59,202 nt of DNA, filler included, from Basidiobolus ranarum (GCA_040143965.1; 2 parts of 2 records of this genome joined end to end with filler, not necessarily neighbours in it), one strand, 5' to 3'. Positions 1-13,239 are shown, numbered from the whole stretch's first letter. Numbers and translations are program-made. Notes: generated by a model from the letters alone, not told the origin.

Positions 1-210
1 TGCAATGACAAAGAGAAGAGTCAATTGGGAATCTACAAAGGTCAAAAAATTTCGAGTTTGATCAAGTTTCATTTAATCTGATGCATATACAATAATGGCA
101 GCAATAGTAATGTAACTTCTCATCCTATCATTGGCTACTCCATTCTGATTATGGAATCAAATCGTACTCATTAGTGATTTCGCCACTTGTGAAGGCTTAC
201 TTTCAATAGA

Positions 211-3200
211 ATGGCTCGCAGTATGAAGAGGGAAGTAGAAGAGTTCCTCAGAATAGGAGACGACATCTTATTGTCTTCTGAGATTGGCGGCCTACTATTT
301 ACTGAAGGCCCAATTCAACCCCGTGTTTATTTAAGAGACGACAGCAGCCAAAGCGATTTTTTTCACGACGTCAATTCATACATTTTTAGACTAGAGCCGC
401 AGTACAACTATGAAGCTAACAAGACACTTCGAAAAATCTTCACGGCCCTCAAGAACCCTTTGTTTTTTGAGACCCCAGGCGAAGTGTTGAATTCTGAGGA
501 AGTTTTGGAAGAGACCAACCCGCAACTTGAAAAGCTTCGGAAAGCAGCTCTCTCAGAGAATGAATACAATAGAGCTGAGTGTCAACGTCTCAAAGGAAAG
601 GTTGTACTCTATGGACAGATCATCCAACTCCGTAACATTCACCACAATAAGTACCTACGAGTCAATACCAACCAGACTACTACACACAAAGGAACCACCC
701 TAATCATAGACTTGTCCAAGATGACTAGCAAAAAGAATTTCTTCAGAATCCTACCCAAGCACAGAATCCGTGGCGAAGGAGAACCGGTCCGTCTGGGTGA
801 TTCAGGTAAGAACTTTCCCTTTGTTGTACATATTACGTTTGCTGATACCGGACTGCTTTTATAGTTGTATTACAGTCGATCAAAACCGAAGGATACTTGA
901 AGGCTGGTTTATCCATGTTCACCCACGAAGTCTTCAAAACCCGACTTCATGAAGTTTACAACTCGCTAAATGCGTTTGGTTGGAAAGTCCATTGTTTTAG
1001 TCCTATTCAGACACTGAGCAGCAGACGACTCAAGGGCGGACATTTCATCAGACTCTATCATAAGGAGAAGGAGGGGTATTTACAGAACCTCCTTGGAACC
1101 AACCGTGTTGCAGTTCGGCCACATGTTTTCAATCCGTTGAACCCGCAAGAGAGTGATTCCTCACTGACATTCTGGCAGATCACCCTAGAGTCCACATTCA
1201 ATGGAGGTCTGCTGAAGGGCGGAGTTCGGTGCCGAATCAAATGCCCCATATCAAGGTTATATTTGCAGGTGGATCTTAATTCCAAAACCAGCGATGCGGT
1301 ATCCGGAAAAATCTTGTACAAGATTATTTTGGGGCCGCGAGATCCCGATGATGACAATACTTTGTTTGAATTGCAGTCACTGGAATCTGATGATACAAAT
1401 ATTATCACTGGATCCTACACCAAGTTCCGCCATGTGAGAACCCAGACATGGCTCCATTTGCACGATGTTGATGAGGAAGACGCAAGCAAAGCGACAAACT
1501 CACTTCAGCGCCAATATTCATTCTTGATTCATACGGGCCGTAGCGATGGATTTGCCGTGATGGCAACCAATCAGACCAGCTTTGATGATTGCTTCACGAT
1601 CACTCGTGTTGACAGCGAGCTAGGCGAGACTTTCAATTTTGTCAATAGCATGACTCCACATCTCGATCACTTCTTGGTCAAGCCCCGCGCTGCCACCGCT
1701 CGAAAAGCCTTCCCTATCGATGCTGAAGAGGATGAGAAGATTAAAAAGATACTGGTAAGGTGTTGACATGGAAATATTAGACATGTGCTCCTCAGCTCAT
1801 CCATTGCTTCTCTTAGACTTCATTGATCTATTTCTCTTCCAGATCTGGTGAGATGGATCCCAACAGGCGTATTGGACTACCGATTGTTGGTGAGTAACAT
1901 CGTTCTCTTCCATATCGTCTATACCTAATCGCATTTTAAACAGCCCATCAGGACATCCTCAGGGATAGTGGTATTATGGCCAAAATCTTGCTGTTTCTGC
2001 GCGCTCCCTTCTCTTTGAACGTTCGAAGAGCATTGCGTAACGATTTCAAGGCTAACGTGGATGAGGTAGAAGGAGAGGCCGAAGTGAGCTTGGAAGACTT
2101 GAAGAAAGACCCGGTATTAAACGAGATGTTATCTCTCTCATATCGTCTGACTTCCCAATTTCTCTTGGGAGATCATTCAGTCAATCAAAAGTACATATTT
2201 GATTACTTCCCCACATTCTGCAAACACATCCAGTACAATCTGGAGGTAACTCAGGTCATTATTTGCCTGTTACATGGGAATCGAGAATTGATTGAAAAGA
2301 TCACTCCCGAGCAGATTGATTTCTTCGTCAGTGGGGCCCTTGCCAAAAGAGATCCAATGTTCCTGGACATTTTGATTACCCTTTGCTCTTGTAATGACAC
2401 TCCCATCCGACAACATCAAGATTACATCGCCACGCAGATACTTAGCAAATTACTCTTTCCAGAGGTCGAATACCGAAATGGTATGACTTACATCTTTGAT
2501 GAAACTGACAATGTATCAGTGGAGATGCATGAATATTTCATTCGTAAACCTTCTCAAGCCAGGTATTTTGAAGCGATATTGAAGTTCATCAACGCTGTTT
2601 GTCTCGGCAGAAATGAGAATTCCTTGAGTCTTGTCACGGAGGTGTATCTAAAAGTCTCCCTAGAGAAGTGTTTAGTTTGCCTGTTCAATGAGAAATTGCC
2701 GCTGGAGATTAGAACACAGTATTGCAATCTTATTCGAGGTACTTGCTTTCAACATACTCTGGCTGGAATTGTTCTAACTTGACATGAATTTGCATATGTA
2801 GTACTTTACGTTGATGTTTACCCGATGTCCCCTATTTCGGAAGATCTTATTTTCGTCGAGTCGGAGATCACCAATTCCTCGAACTACTCAGTAGAAGGGT
2901 CATTGGCTAATATTCAAAGTATCAAGAAACTCACCAAATGGATAAGAGCATTCTTCACGACTCATCCAAGGGTATCGTATGGGTTCCACTAGACATGATA
3001 GCTGTGTCGTTCTAACATCGTTGCATTACTAGGTGACCAAGGATGAGAAGCTCAACACATTGATTTTCTCGGTTTTGAAGCTTATCAAGGGACTTGCTAG
3101 TTTCGGCTTTTACCATGAGCACATTACCATTGTTTCTTTGATCCGAACTTTGACCACCCTTCTTGATGGCCGTACGGATACCGAGTAAGTATTCCTTAAA

Positions 3201-6200
3201 CTTGCAGTAGCTATTCCGAGCCAAAATCTAACTTCAACTCATTTCTCAGTGAATATGGGTTAATCGATGAATCCAAAAAGATCGTCGATAGATCTACCAT
3301 TAGGTTTTTTATAGTCAACACTTTCCTTATTTCCTTCACCCCCTCCCGTTCTAACCACTCCTTGCTCACTCATGTTTAGCGACGAACGATTCCATTACAT
3401 AGAGAAGAACAAGATGATTATAGACATCAAGATTGAAATCTGTACTGTGCTTGAGTTACTTTTCAACTTGAGAACGGAAATTCGAGTAAGAAAGTTGTTG
3501 TACATTTGGTTGAAAAATGAAGGGTACGTTGGGTTCACTCACACACAAGACATGGAACGATAAATCATTAACTCGTTTTATTTAGAGATCAAAAGCGATT
3601 GAGCACGCTAGATTCCAAGAATTCCGACAAAGTGAATTCATGGGAATCAGCCATTGAGATCATCATCAAACGAATCTTCATGGAAACTCGTTACATCAAT
3701 CGAGAGACTGATATGATGCCAATTCTAATTGATCTTATCAAGTATCGAAACCAAAGGCTGAAGCAAGGCTCCATTGTTGTGATGCACAGATTGTACTGTG
3801 ATTACGAAGAATTGTTCGAAAAGTCCAAAAAGTCCTTCATACTGACTCAAAGTCAAGATATTCAAGTCTACTATTGGATCAGACCCCGGGTAACCATGTT
3901 CCTCACTCTTTCCCTTCAGCATTCTCACGAACACACTGGAACCAGAAAGATGAAGGAGATATTAACGGATTTCACAGATCTGTGCAGCGGTGCCGTAGTT
4001 GTGAATTTCGAGGGCAATCTGGTACCAGGTCCAGCAGCCGCTAAAGAAAGAAACATCATAGCCCAAAAAATCCTGTTCAATATGGAAATGCACTCGTATG
4101 TGATTGACTATCTGCACCGAAATACCTACGGCGAAAGAAAGGCAGAGTGGTTTAATGAGGATGTATTGGACTTGTTCTGGGCTTCCCTTTCTTTCCTTTC
4201 TGTTTGTTGCTACGATGATCGGGAACTACATGGCACTATTCTCATTCAAAACATTGACCTTCTGTTTGAACTCGTGTCTTACGACGCCCGAATGGTAGAG
4301 CCACTGATCGATATCTTTTCCAAGAGTGTGAACCTGTGTTTAAGAGTAGAGGAGCATCACATGCAACGTCTTCTTGAGCTTTCGAAGGGCTATTGTGGCG
4401 AATATCTACGTCTACTCCGAGCCTTAGTGAAGGTTTCAGGGAAAATCATCAAGCGTAATCAGCTCTATATCGCCGATCTACTGTTGGAGAAGAAGGACGA
4501 ATACATTGTGCTCGAAGCAAATCAAGACACCAAATCTGAACCTTATTTCGAACCACCTCCGGTCTCCTATCAAGCAGCATTGATCGATTTGGTGGCTACT
4601 TGTGCCGAGGGAGAAAACAGTCTTCAATCTATCTTCCAGTCAATTCTTCCAGCAGATCAAATCTTAGATGTATTGGCTAATCAAGAGTCTGATTATCTGA
4701 TCGAAAGGGCATATCTACGCTTCTTCATCGCTGTCTATTTATGGACCAGTAGACAGGGAACTACAGGCACCAGCTACATATTCGAAAATCCGTTAATTTG
4801 GACTTATGTGGAGAAACTCTGTAGACTTCTGACTAGCTTCAATCATGATCTACGAAACACTGATCTTCAAGAAAACAAGGCTGAGATGGAGATCAAGTCA
4901 ACGTACATTTACGAATCAGTGTTGATTTTCTTAAGACTATTGTTCGACATCTACTTCTCATCCCAAAAAAGTCCAGTCGCTCAATTCGATGCCGCCGAAG
5001 ACCACAGAGAACTGGGTAATAACATCGTAGATGAATTAGCGGCATTGGCTGAATTACCACCAAAGTCACCCAAGCACCTCAAACACTTGACCAATTGCTT
5101 GGACACCTTGATCATCGAATCAAACCTGTACGGAAACAAGAGGAGAGCAGTGTCAAAATCATTGTTCAACTCCCTTAGGTCCGTTCAACCTAAAAGAACT
5201 AGCGTAGAAAGTATATCTATCGCGTTAGGTACATTGAATCAAAACTTCCAAAATTTCCTTCACCGTATGATGACATCGGGTAAGATCGTGGAATCGGAGA
5301 AAGAGGAATTCCGTCAACTCAGTCTTCACTTTCCGTTAGAGGAATCTCATACCCTTGGAGAGTACTCTATCGTGTCACTCGTAGAATATCTATCCGGTCG
5401 ACTTAACGATGTCGAGGATTCCCGTAAGGAAATATATGACATTCGCACAATGAGGATTTTGAGAAATCTTGTCAACAATGTCACTGACGAAATAGAACAT
5501 ATGCACCATCTAGATGAGCCTCTAGAGTGGGCACGCCTACAGCAACGAAAGATAGAAATTCAAAATAAATTGAACAAGCTTGGCTGTACATTGATGGCGG
5601 AGAAGCTCCTGTCCTCCAATAGTCAACAAATCTATATTAGCGCGATGAAATTACTCAATGCTATGCTTGATGGGGGCAATAAGAAGGTTCAGGTAAGTGG
5701 AATTATGTACTCAAACTAAGGTTTGCTTCCTCATACTAACATTTCCCTTAGGATACTCTTGAAAACTATTTCCTAGGGACTAGGTAAGCAACGATCAATT
5801 CACTCGTAGATATAACTTCACATCGTTGATAATTTAACTCATGTTCTTCTTCAGAGTGGAGCGATTCTTCTATTGTGTCCATCATAAGTTAAGAGAAGGA
5901 ATCCTTTCTCTTCGCAAAGCTAAAGAGCTACTCGTTGTGGATGCCAAGAAGAAAGAAAGAAGTTCCACTCTCTCGTCAAAGATTAGACGTAGACTCCGAG
6001 GCCATAAAAGCGGACTATCCGTTAGCACATCGAATTTTTTGAACCAAATACTCTCCCACTCGGACGACGTACCTATCATAACCCTGAACCTATCTCATAC
6101 CAAAGATGACAACAAGATATCCAAATATCTTCAACATGAAGATAAGACCGATCTAGGTACTACTGCACAGGATTTCGAAGCTATCTGCCACCTTATGAGA

Positions 6201-8571
6201 CTCTTACAACTAATGGTGGAGGGTCATAATTATAGTCTGCAAACGTATTTTAGTGCTCAAGGAGATAATATCAAGAGTTTCAATTTGGTCACTGGAGTAG
6301 TGGATTATCTACATGCAATCGTTCCCATTACTAGCCTTCAAGACGAGAATCTGATATTCCAAACCATGCCAGTAATTACCCAAGTATTCGACACTATCAT
6401 TGAAATGGCTCAAGGATGCATATCCAACCAAGTGAGCATCTTCAACGCCAAGATTGTGCAATCAGTGAACATAATACTACGTGAGCCATTCCATCAATGC
6501 CCAGCAGAACAAGCAGTAGAGCTCAAGGGAAAAGCAGTTCTATGTCTTTTGAGTTTACTTGAAGGCGGTAACATCGAGGCTAAATCGATCTTCAGAGAGA
6601 TGGCCAATACACTAGATTTGGATACTATCAACCGCAACCTAAGAAATCTATTCGAGCAAAGTAAAAATGTGACTTGGAAGCCTGGAAAGCAGTCCGCCAT
6701 TGATTCCGGATTTTTGTACTGTATGTTGATTATGACATTGTTCCCAGCGCTCACGAAGGAACAACAATATCGCTTCCAAAATGAACCAGCCTTCACTTTC
6801 TTCAAAAGGAACACTGGTCAGATTGAAATCTTGCGTGAACTCTCCCCGGGTGATAAACGAGTAGTACCCGTACTATTTCCAATTCCAGAAGTTTGTAGAT
6901 ATTTGCGTGAGGACACTAAGGAACATTTCCTGTGGAATGTGAAGAGAGATTCAGCTGATGGCAAAATCGAGGATTTCGTAACCAAATCAGAGGATATCAT
7001 CTATGAAATTGAAAGTCAAGCTCGAGTCGCTAGAAACTGGTATCTCTCAGCGTTGTCCGGATACCATTCCTTATGGTGGCAAAGTGCTTATCTAATGACT
7101 CTTTTACTGAATATCTTGGGATTAATGTGTGCCGCAGCGCCAGAAGAAGCTGTTGGCGGAGGAGGGGAGTTGTTTTTGGGATATGGTTGTCATTGGCTTA
7201 CTGAAGCAGTCAGAATCAGCTTTGGATTGATACACTTGTTGCTATGGGCTTTATCTTCTGGAGAGTTTCTCCTAATCCAATTGCCCATTCTTATCAATAG
7301 AAAAAGATTAGAAAAGTTAAATCAACTGCGAAAGCAAAAAGCTAAAGAAGACGCACACCTACAATCACTTGAAATAGGCTTCATGAATGATGAAGATACT
7401 TCAGATAATAGCCAAAATGACACATCCACCCAATTTAGCGCCATCATATCTGAAGGAGAGAGTCTCTCGCCATCGGTAAGTTTGTCCACTCAGCAGTGTA
7501 CGGATTCCAATGCTAACATCCATCTCCATTCACCCTAGAATTTTATTGAAAAAACCATGTATTTTGTCATGGAGCCTAAGGCGCTTTATCATGTGTTTAT
7601 GGTGCTATTGTCTATCGGTGGCCTTCGCTATCATATGCTATACTCCATACATTTGCTAGATTTTATATACAGAGATCAAATCCTTCAAGGAGTTATCGCC
7701 AGTGTCACAGTCAACATCAACTCCCTAACTAAAACGGTAAATAACATTTGTTTACTTCAATCTTCACCTTGCCAAGGAGTAAGGGGTCATCGGCGTAGAC
7801 TAATCCAGTGAAATACGGATGTTTAGGTTTTACTTGGTGTTATCATTATATATGTGTATTCCGTTGTAGGATTTGTTTACTTCAGACATTCTTTTGATAG
7901 TGAACAAGGGCTATATTGTGATACTCTGCTTGATTGTTTCGTCACCGTTCTTGCCTATGGGTATGTTTCATATTGATTTATCTGAGTTACTATCCAGTAA
8001 CTAACATTAGTCCAACACGTGGGGTAGTATCCGAGCAGGTGGTGGATTAGGGGACGTGCTACAAGCACCTGTACATGGAGATAATTCCTATGCCTATAGA
8101 ATCATTCTGGACCTATCCTTCTTCCTCATCGTGATCATTTTCCTGTTGAACGTTATCTTTGGTATTATTTTTGATACATTCGGTAGTTTAAGAGATGAAC
8201 GATCATCTATTCAGAATGACATGAAGAGTGTTTGCTTTATTTGTAATATTAGTGCGACCGAATTCCAAAGACACGCCAAAGGATTTGAACATCATATCAA
8301 GCATGATCACAACATTTGGCAGTACCTCTTTTTCTTGGTTCATTTGAAGACAAAGGATGTTACCGAATATACTTCTCAAGAATCTTACGTAGCGGAAATG
8401 TTAAAAGACAACGACTACAGCTTTTTCCCGGTTAATCGGGCTTTATGCCTACGTCAGAGGGAAAAGCATGATGATCAACGCATCACAAACTTGGAAGAAA
8501 TGATCGCAAGTCTAGTTACTCGTATTGAACAACATACCATCCCCCAGTCAACCAAGTCTAAGCATTATTAA
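211..8571 (+). CDS. ITPR: Inositol 1,4,5-trisphosphate receptor-like Ca2+ release channel (multi-exon)
   Basis: Successive ORFs joined by short GT-AG introns. MIR motifs (VLYGQIIQLRNIH, GGHFIRLYHKE, KFRHVRTQTWL), RIH-like regions, LLQLMVEGHN, pore motif spliced as YGIRAGGGLGD, LNVIFGIIFDTFGSLRDE, and C-terminal CFIC...HIKHDHNIW zinc motif. Start codon uncertain. Confidence 0.93.
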
Positions 8572-8809
8572 CACACGAACCAACATCGAATAGTAGAAGC
8601 TTTCTGTTTAGCAACATTGATTTCAAATTGTTGTGAATATATACGTGAACATGATAGAAATTGACATCAATGAACATTATAAATAAAAATCCAGAAGATG
8701 GAACTTGTTTATCTTATGAATTCGACTGGACAAGATGAGAATCATTGTGCTTGAAATGGCAATCTTAATCGTAATGGTATATGCCATTCATAAAGTGATA
8801 TACTAATAC

Positions 8810-9767
8810 TTATTTTGCCATGGCGATGAGTTGACCACGCGGTGTTAAATTCTCCTCTTTCAAGGTTTTCTGTAGCTCAGCCCCTTCATAGATTCTTTTC
8901 AAAGGGTAAGTATTCACACCCAAGTACATGAAAGATATGTCCTAAAGTCAACTTACTTTCTGGGGAAGGAAGTACTTAGTCGGAAAGCACTCATATTTTT
9001 ACCGACTTTAGTTGAGACGAATTCGTACACAGTTTGAATCGTATCACTTGCTTTGAAAAGTTCACGTATATTTTCACCATTCATGAGACGAATTTGGATT
9101 AAACAGTCATTTTCCTCTAATTTCTCATTCGGTTGACGGTTGTTCAAATGCACTTCTTGGGGTAAAGGATTGCTATTCGTAGCAGACTGACCAATTTACG
9201 AAATAATTCTACATGGTAAGTACTAAAAAATCTTATTTGAGTTAAAGAAAATTCTCTTTACCATTTCACCAAGACGCTTGCCGCTACCACTGAAAGCATC
9301 TAACTCGGTATAATATTGCTTAATCAAAGATTCAATGGCTCCAACATCTGGTCCAACTACTTCCCCAACTTTGGAAGAATTCTTAAAGAATTGTATGGTA
9401 GGCATGGCTCGTACACCCATTCTACCCGATAACTCTGAGCTTTGGTCTACATCTACTTGAAGGAATACCGCACCCTTGGAATATTTACGGGAAAGTTCGT
9501 GAAGAGGGCCTTCAAGAGTTTTACAAGGACCACACCTGTTTTTGAATGGTCTTAGTGAACTATTCAACCTAATAGACATACAAGCATATGTGGTCAGATA
9601 TTTCACTTACCATACTGCAAAAAAATCCACTACCACCTAAGGACCAAGTAATTCTATCAGTATTCAATATTTTCGTCTTGACTAAGAAAGTAAACATTAA
9701 ATACCACTTTCTTCCCAGCTTTGGAAAGTTCACGGTCAAACTGAGACGAATCGGTTACGAGTAACAT
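8810..9767 (-). CDS. Thioredoxin (WCGPC) + SHP box + UBX domain protein (multi-exon)
   Basis: Spliced MLLVTDSSQFDRELSKAGKKV|VVVDFFAVW|CGPCK...VRAMPTIQFFKN (thioredoxin), then FSGSGKRLG, then IQIRLMNG...LSTSFPRK (UBX). Stop TAA at 8810-8812. Confidence 0.85.
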
Positions 9768-10160
9768 ATTTACGAAAGTGATATTAAAGTGAAAATAGAA
9801 ACGGTTGTCTTTCGTTTAATTCTACTTTAGGAGCAGTCAAGGAGTATTATGAGGACTATACTAAGGATATATTATTTCGATAATTAAATTACCTTCAATT
9901 AGCCTAGGATCTGAATGACGTATACTTTATTATTGCATAAAATATGCCACATGGATGATCAGCATACTTTAAAAAACACACCCTCATCACATCCTTATTA
10001 ATCATAGCTAATGAGATTCAAGTAATAGTCCTAGTCAACTCAACAAGATAGGTTTGGTTCAATGATGATTCAGTCAGCTATTATGGTAATATAAATGAAG
10101 AAAAAACCCCGGTCACATTGATATAAAAGAGCTCAACTTCATCCGTTCTATCCTGTTATC

Positions 10161-10495
10161 ATGCATTTCGTTATCAATCCTGTTCGTCTTGGTCAAGTTC
10201 GTAACCTCGCGTTTACATCGCGATTTGGTGTCGTTCGATTCACCTCAAATATCTCAAAAGGTGATTCTAAAAATCAAACCGAAGTATATCAAAAATCCTC
10301 GGAATCTATTCATCGAGAGTGGGACGAAAAACTAGCTAGCAATTCAGAAGCCGATGTAATTCTTACTTACTTCAATTACTTCAAAACCCTTATTAACCCC
10401 CTTACCCTTAGGTCAAAGCAGACCGTGAACCAGAGGTACCGTTGGAACAATTGCAAAAACAATCGGTCGAACACATTACAAGCCATAATAAATGA
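10161..10495 (+). CDS. Small probable mitochondrial protein (2 exons)
   Basis: TATA-like ATATAAAA at ~10121, Arg-rich acid-free N-terminus, spliced EKLASNSEAD|VKADREP, TGA at 10493-10495. Confidence 0.6.
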
Positions 10496-10534
10496 TTGGT
10501 CAAATGAAACAAATAAACAATCTTTATTCCAGTA

Positions 10535-11261
10535 CTAACGGAGGTAGGCAACTGCCTTAATTTCAATCAGTAAATGTTTACCAGGGAGCTGTTTAACTGC
10601 CACACAAGTACGCGAAGGACCTTAAATCAAATGATTGAGTTTAAAAGCACATAAAGAATGTCTGTTGTGAGCACTAGTTTTACCATTTTCAGCAGTAAAA
10701 TATTGATTGTAAACCTAAAGCATAAACCCAATTCAATTAAACAGTCATTCTAGATGATATATAACAATGTGTATAACCTCATTAAACGCCTGGTAATCCT
10801 CCATGTTAACTAAAAATATAGTCACATCCACAATATTACCCAAGTCACCGCCTGCTTTTTGGAGAATTACTCGAATGCTTCATGAAACGTCAGTAAGCTC
10901 TTTAGTAATATTTTTAATACTTCAACTTTTCACTTACTTTTCGATAACTGCTTTTGTTTGAGCCTTCACATCAAGCTTGTAGGTTCCATCAGCTAACTGA
11001 GTTACCTATGCATGTAATTTCTAATGAGTTCAACTTTCACTGAGAGTATGGAGAGAATAGGCTTACTCCGTCATAGCTACATTTTCGAATAATAGTTAGC
11101 TCTAATGCACACAACTACCGAGGAATAAAGTTACAGTACGTATTATCAGGTCGTCGAGAGGATATACCAGACACATATAGAAAGTCGCCAACTTTGCGGG
11201 CATGAGGATAGTTTGCCAAAGCTTGAGCACGGTCACCTAAAATGATACTTTCACCGTTCAT
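10535..11261 (-). CDS. RidA/YjgF family protein, 2-aminomuconate deaminase-like (multi-exon, missed by ORF track)
   Basis: Spliced MNGESIILGDRAQALANYPHARKVGDFLYVSGISSRRPDNT...VDVTIFLVNMEDYQAFNE...GPSRTCVAVKQLPGKHLLIEIKAVAYLR*. Confidence 0.85.
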
Positions 11262-12372
11262 CTTTCAAGGATATCAATGACTTTGTGAGAATGCTTTTGA
11301 AAACGCAAGAGTTAGGTGGCGCATTTGGCTTCTTAATCTTCCATTCCATATCTCCCCATGGTTGACCAAATGTTTCCCACGATTTCACTTGAAAATTACC
11401 AGACATTTATGACACAATGAGACATGCCATTGAGCGTGTGTAGATGAAAACAGCCAATGAAATCTACAACAATCAAACCTAACCCTAACCTTAAAGTACC
11501 AAATGATTTATTAGTAGGATCAAACAAGGATTGAAAATATGAGAAGATATAATGAGCATTAGGTTGGCCATGTAGCCCTAACCCTAAATATGTATGTAAG
11601 AATCATTGCCATCCACGTTCCCTGGCTGCTGGCTGCGATGCCTGGCCTGCGATACCTGTCCGCGTAAACAAATATTACAGATGGCCATATTTCATCCAAT
11701 CATGAATAAACAAAATTCACTGTAACACTCGATAATTTCACACAAGTATGATCCAGGTTCGCTTTCGTCGAGAATGGCTTGTCTACAACTGACTATGCAA
11801 CCATTTACAATATTGATGGGAACTTGTAGCATTGCTCACTGGTTCAAACAAGAGGCTGTTTCGTATACAGGAACCAAGATTGGTCTATACAGCTCGCACT
11901 CGAGGGCCATAACCCCAAGTAATTGATTGAAACATATCTGTTTCATTGACCGGATACCCGTCTCACGAACATGCTCCCAAAAGGGATAAATGTCAGGTTC
12001 ACGCCAATGAACGTGAAGTGCACATAAAGATGGTGAAACATTTTGTAACTTTGTTCGTCCATCTTAATTCGCCAAATTAGGAACAGTACAAGAGAGTATC
12101 AGGTTAATCAGTAGATTTTAAGTTTTGTTGTCAGGAAGACAAACCTCACATCTGGTTTAACAGCCTTGTCTCCTATTTTATCTTATCGCGCCCCATTGGT
12201 GTATCCACATTTTCGGTCGGGGATTTGGAATATATTGTTGTGAGTTGTCCACACTCTCGCTTGATTACTTCACTTACTTGCTTGGTAACTCTTCCCTCAA
12301 GTTGACAAGTTGGCTTTGAGAGCGGACTGGGTGAAGATTTCCCTTCTCTACAAAATATCTTTATCATCTTAC

Positions 12373-13239
12373 ATGAAGTTCCCCAACGGTGAAGTGGCTA
12401 GGTTTTTCTATGCTTATGTGTTTCTACAGCTGGTTGTTTGCTTAATGGTAACTTTCCAACAGGTCTCTGACTGGCGTTGGTTAGAGTCAGAGACCAAAGT
12501 ACCACTAAGAGACGGAGGCTTTGAATTGCTGCCGAAACTAAATACTTTCGATATACCTGATTTCTTAGTTCTTTCCTTGTTCGTGTCAACGATGGTTTGG
12601 TTAACGATAGCGTCGAATACTAGGACACAAAGGATCATCTTTTGGAGAAGAATATTCTGGATATCTGGGTGTTTATACTTATTCAGAGCATTCACCATTG
12701 TTTCTACCACTCTCCCTCCAACTAAAGAATGCCAGCCAATCATCGGCAAAGATATTCATGAAATGTTGCGAATTGGCGGTCGTATGATCTTTGGTATTGA
12801 TAAAGCGTGTACTGACAACATATACTCTGGACACACTATGATGTTGACCTCATGTATCATGCTCTGGAAGATCTACTGTCCGAACAAATATGCCAACACC
12901 TATGTCCAGTTACATGGATCTATTGGTTTGGTAACTATTGTGGCCTCGCGATTACATTACACCGTGGATGTTTTACTCTCCTTGTTCATCACTTATGCAA
13001 TGTATTCGGTCTACTTTTTCTTGGTACGAATCGCCATGTTTTCCAGATATCATCTCACTATAGAATTACTGGAAAGTAGAGATAACGATGAATATCAGAG
13101 AATCGCTTTTACTCCGGAAATAGTCAATCGACATTTGGTGGCATGGATAATATGGATGGATGGACTAGATTTACGCTGGGAAGAATGGAATACTGCCGAA
13201 AGTTTACCTTTCTACCAGCCAAAGCGATCTCTTTACTAA
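12373..13239 (+). CDS. Sphingomyelin synthase / PAP2_C family membrane phosphotransferase
   Basis: PLRD, RAFTIVSTTLP, CTDNIYSGHT and HYTVDV motifs with several TM segments. First in-frame ATG at 12373; an upstream exon is possible. Confidence 0.85.
   Translation: MKFPNGEVARFFYAYVFLQLVVCLMVTFQQVSDWRWLESETKVPLRDGGFELLPKLNTFDIPDFLVLSLFVSTMVWLTIASNTRTQRIIFWRRIFWISGCLYLFRAFTIVSTTLPPTKECQPIIGKDIHEMLRIGGRMIFGIDKACTDNIYSGHTMMLTSCIMLWKIYCPNKYANTYVQLHGSIGLVTIVASRLHYTVDVLLSLFITYAMYSVYFFLVRIAMFSRYHLTIELLESRDNDEYQRIAFTPEIVNRHLVAWIIWMDGLDLRWEEWNTAESLPFYQPKRSLY

Noticed and set aside
1058-7000. Antisense and alternate-frame ORFs inside the ITPR gene (likewise in separase, SulP, Nox and the carrier)
   Set aside because: Shadow ORFs of well-supported genes with no independent motifs.
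11474-11590. CCCTAA repeats as a telomere or interstitial telomere
   Set aside because: Only 2-3 imperfect units per cluster, internal to a gene-dense region.
11901-11920. GGGCCATAACCCC resembling a tRNA-Met anticodon arm
   Set aside because: No acceptor stem, D arm or T arm around it.
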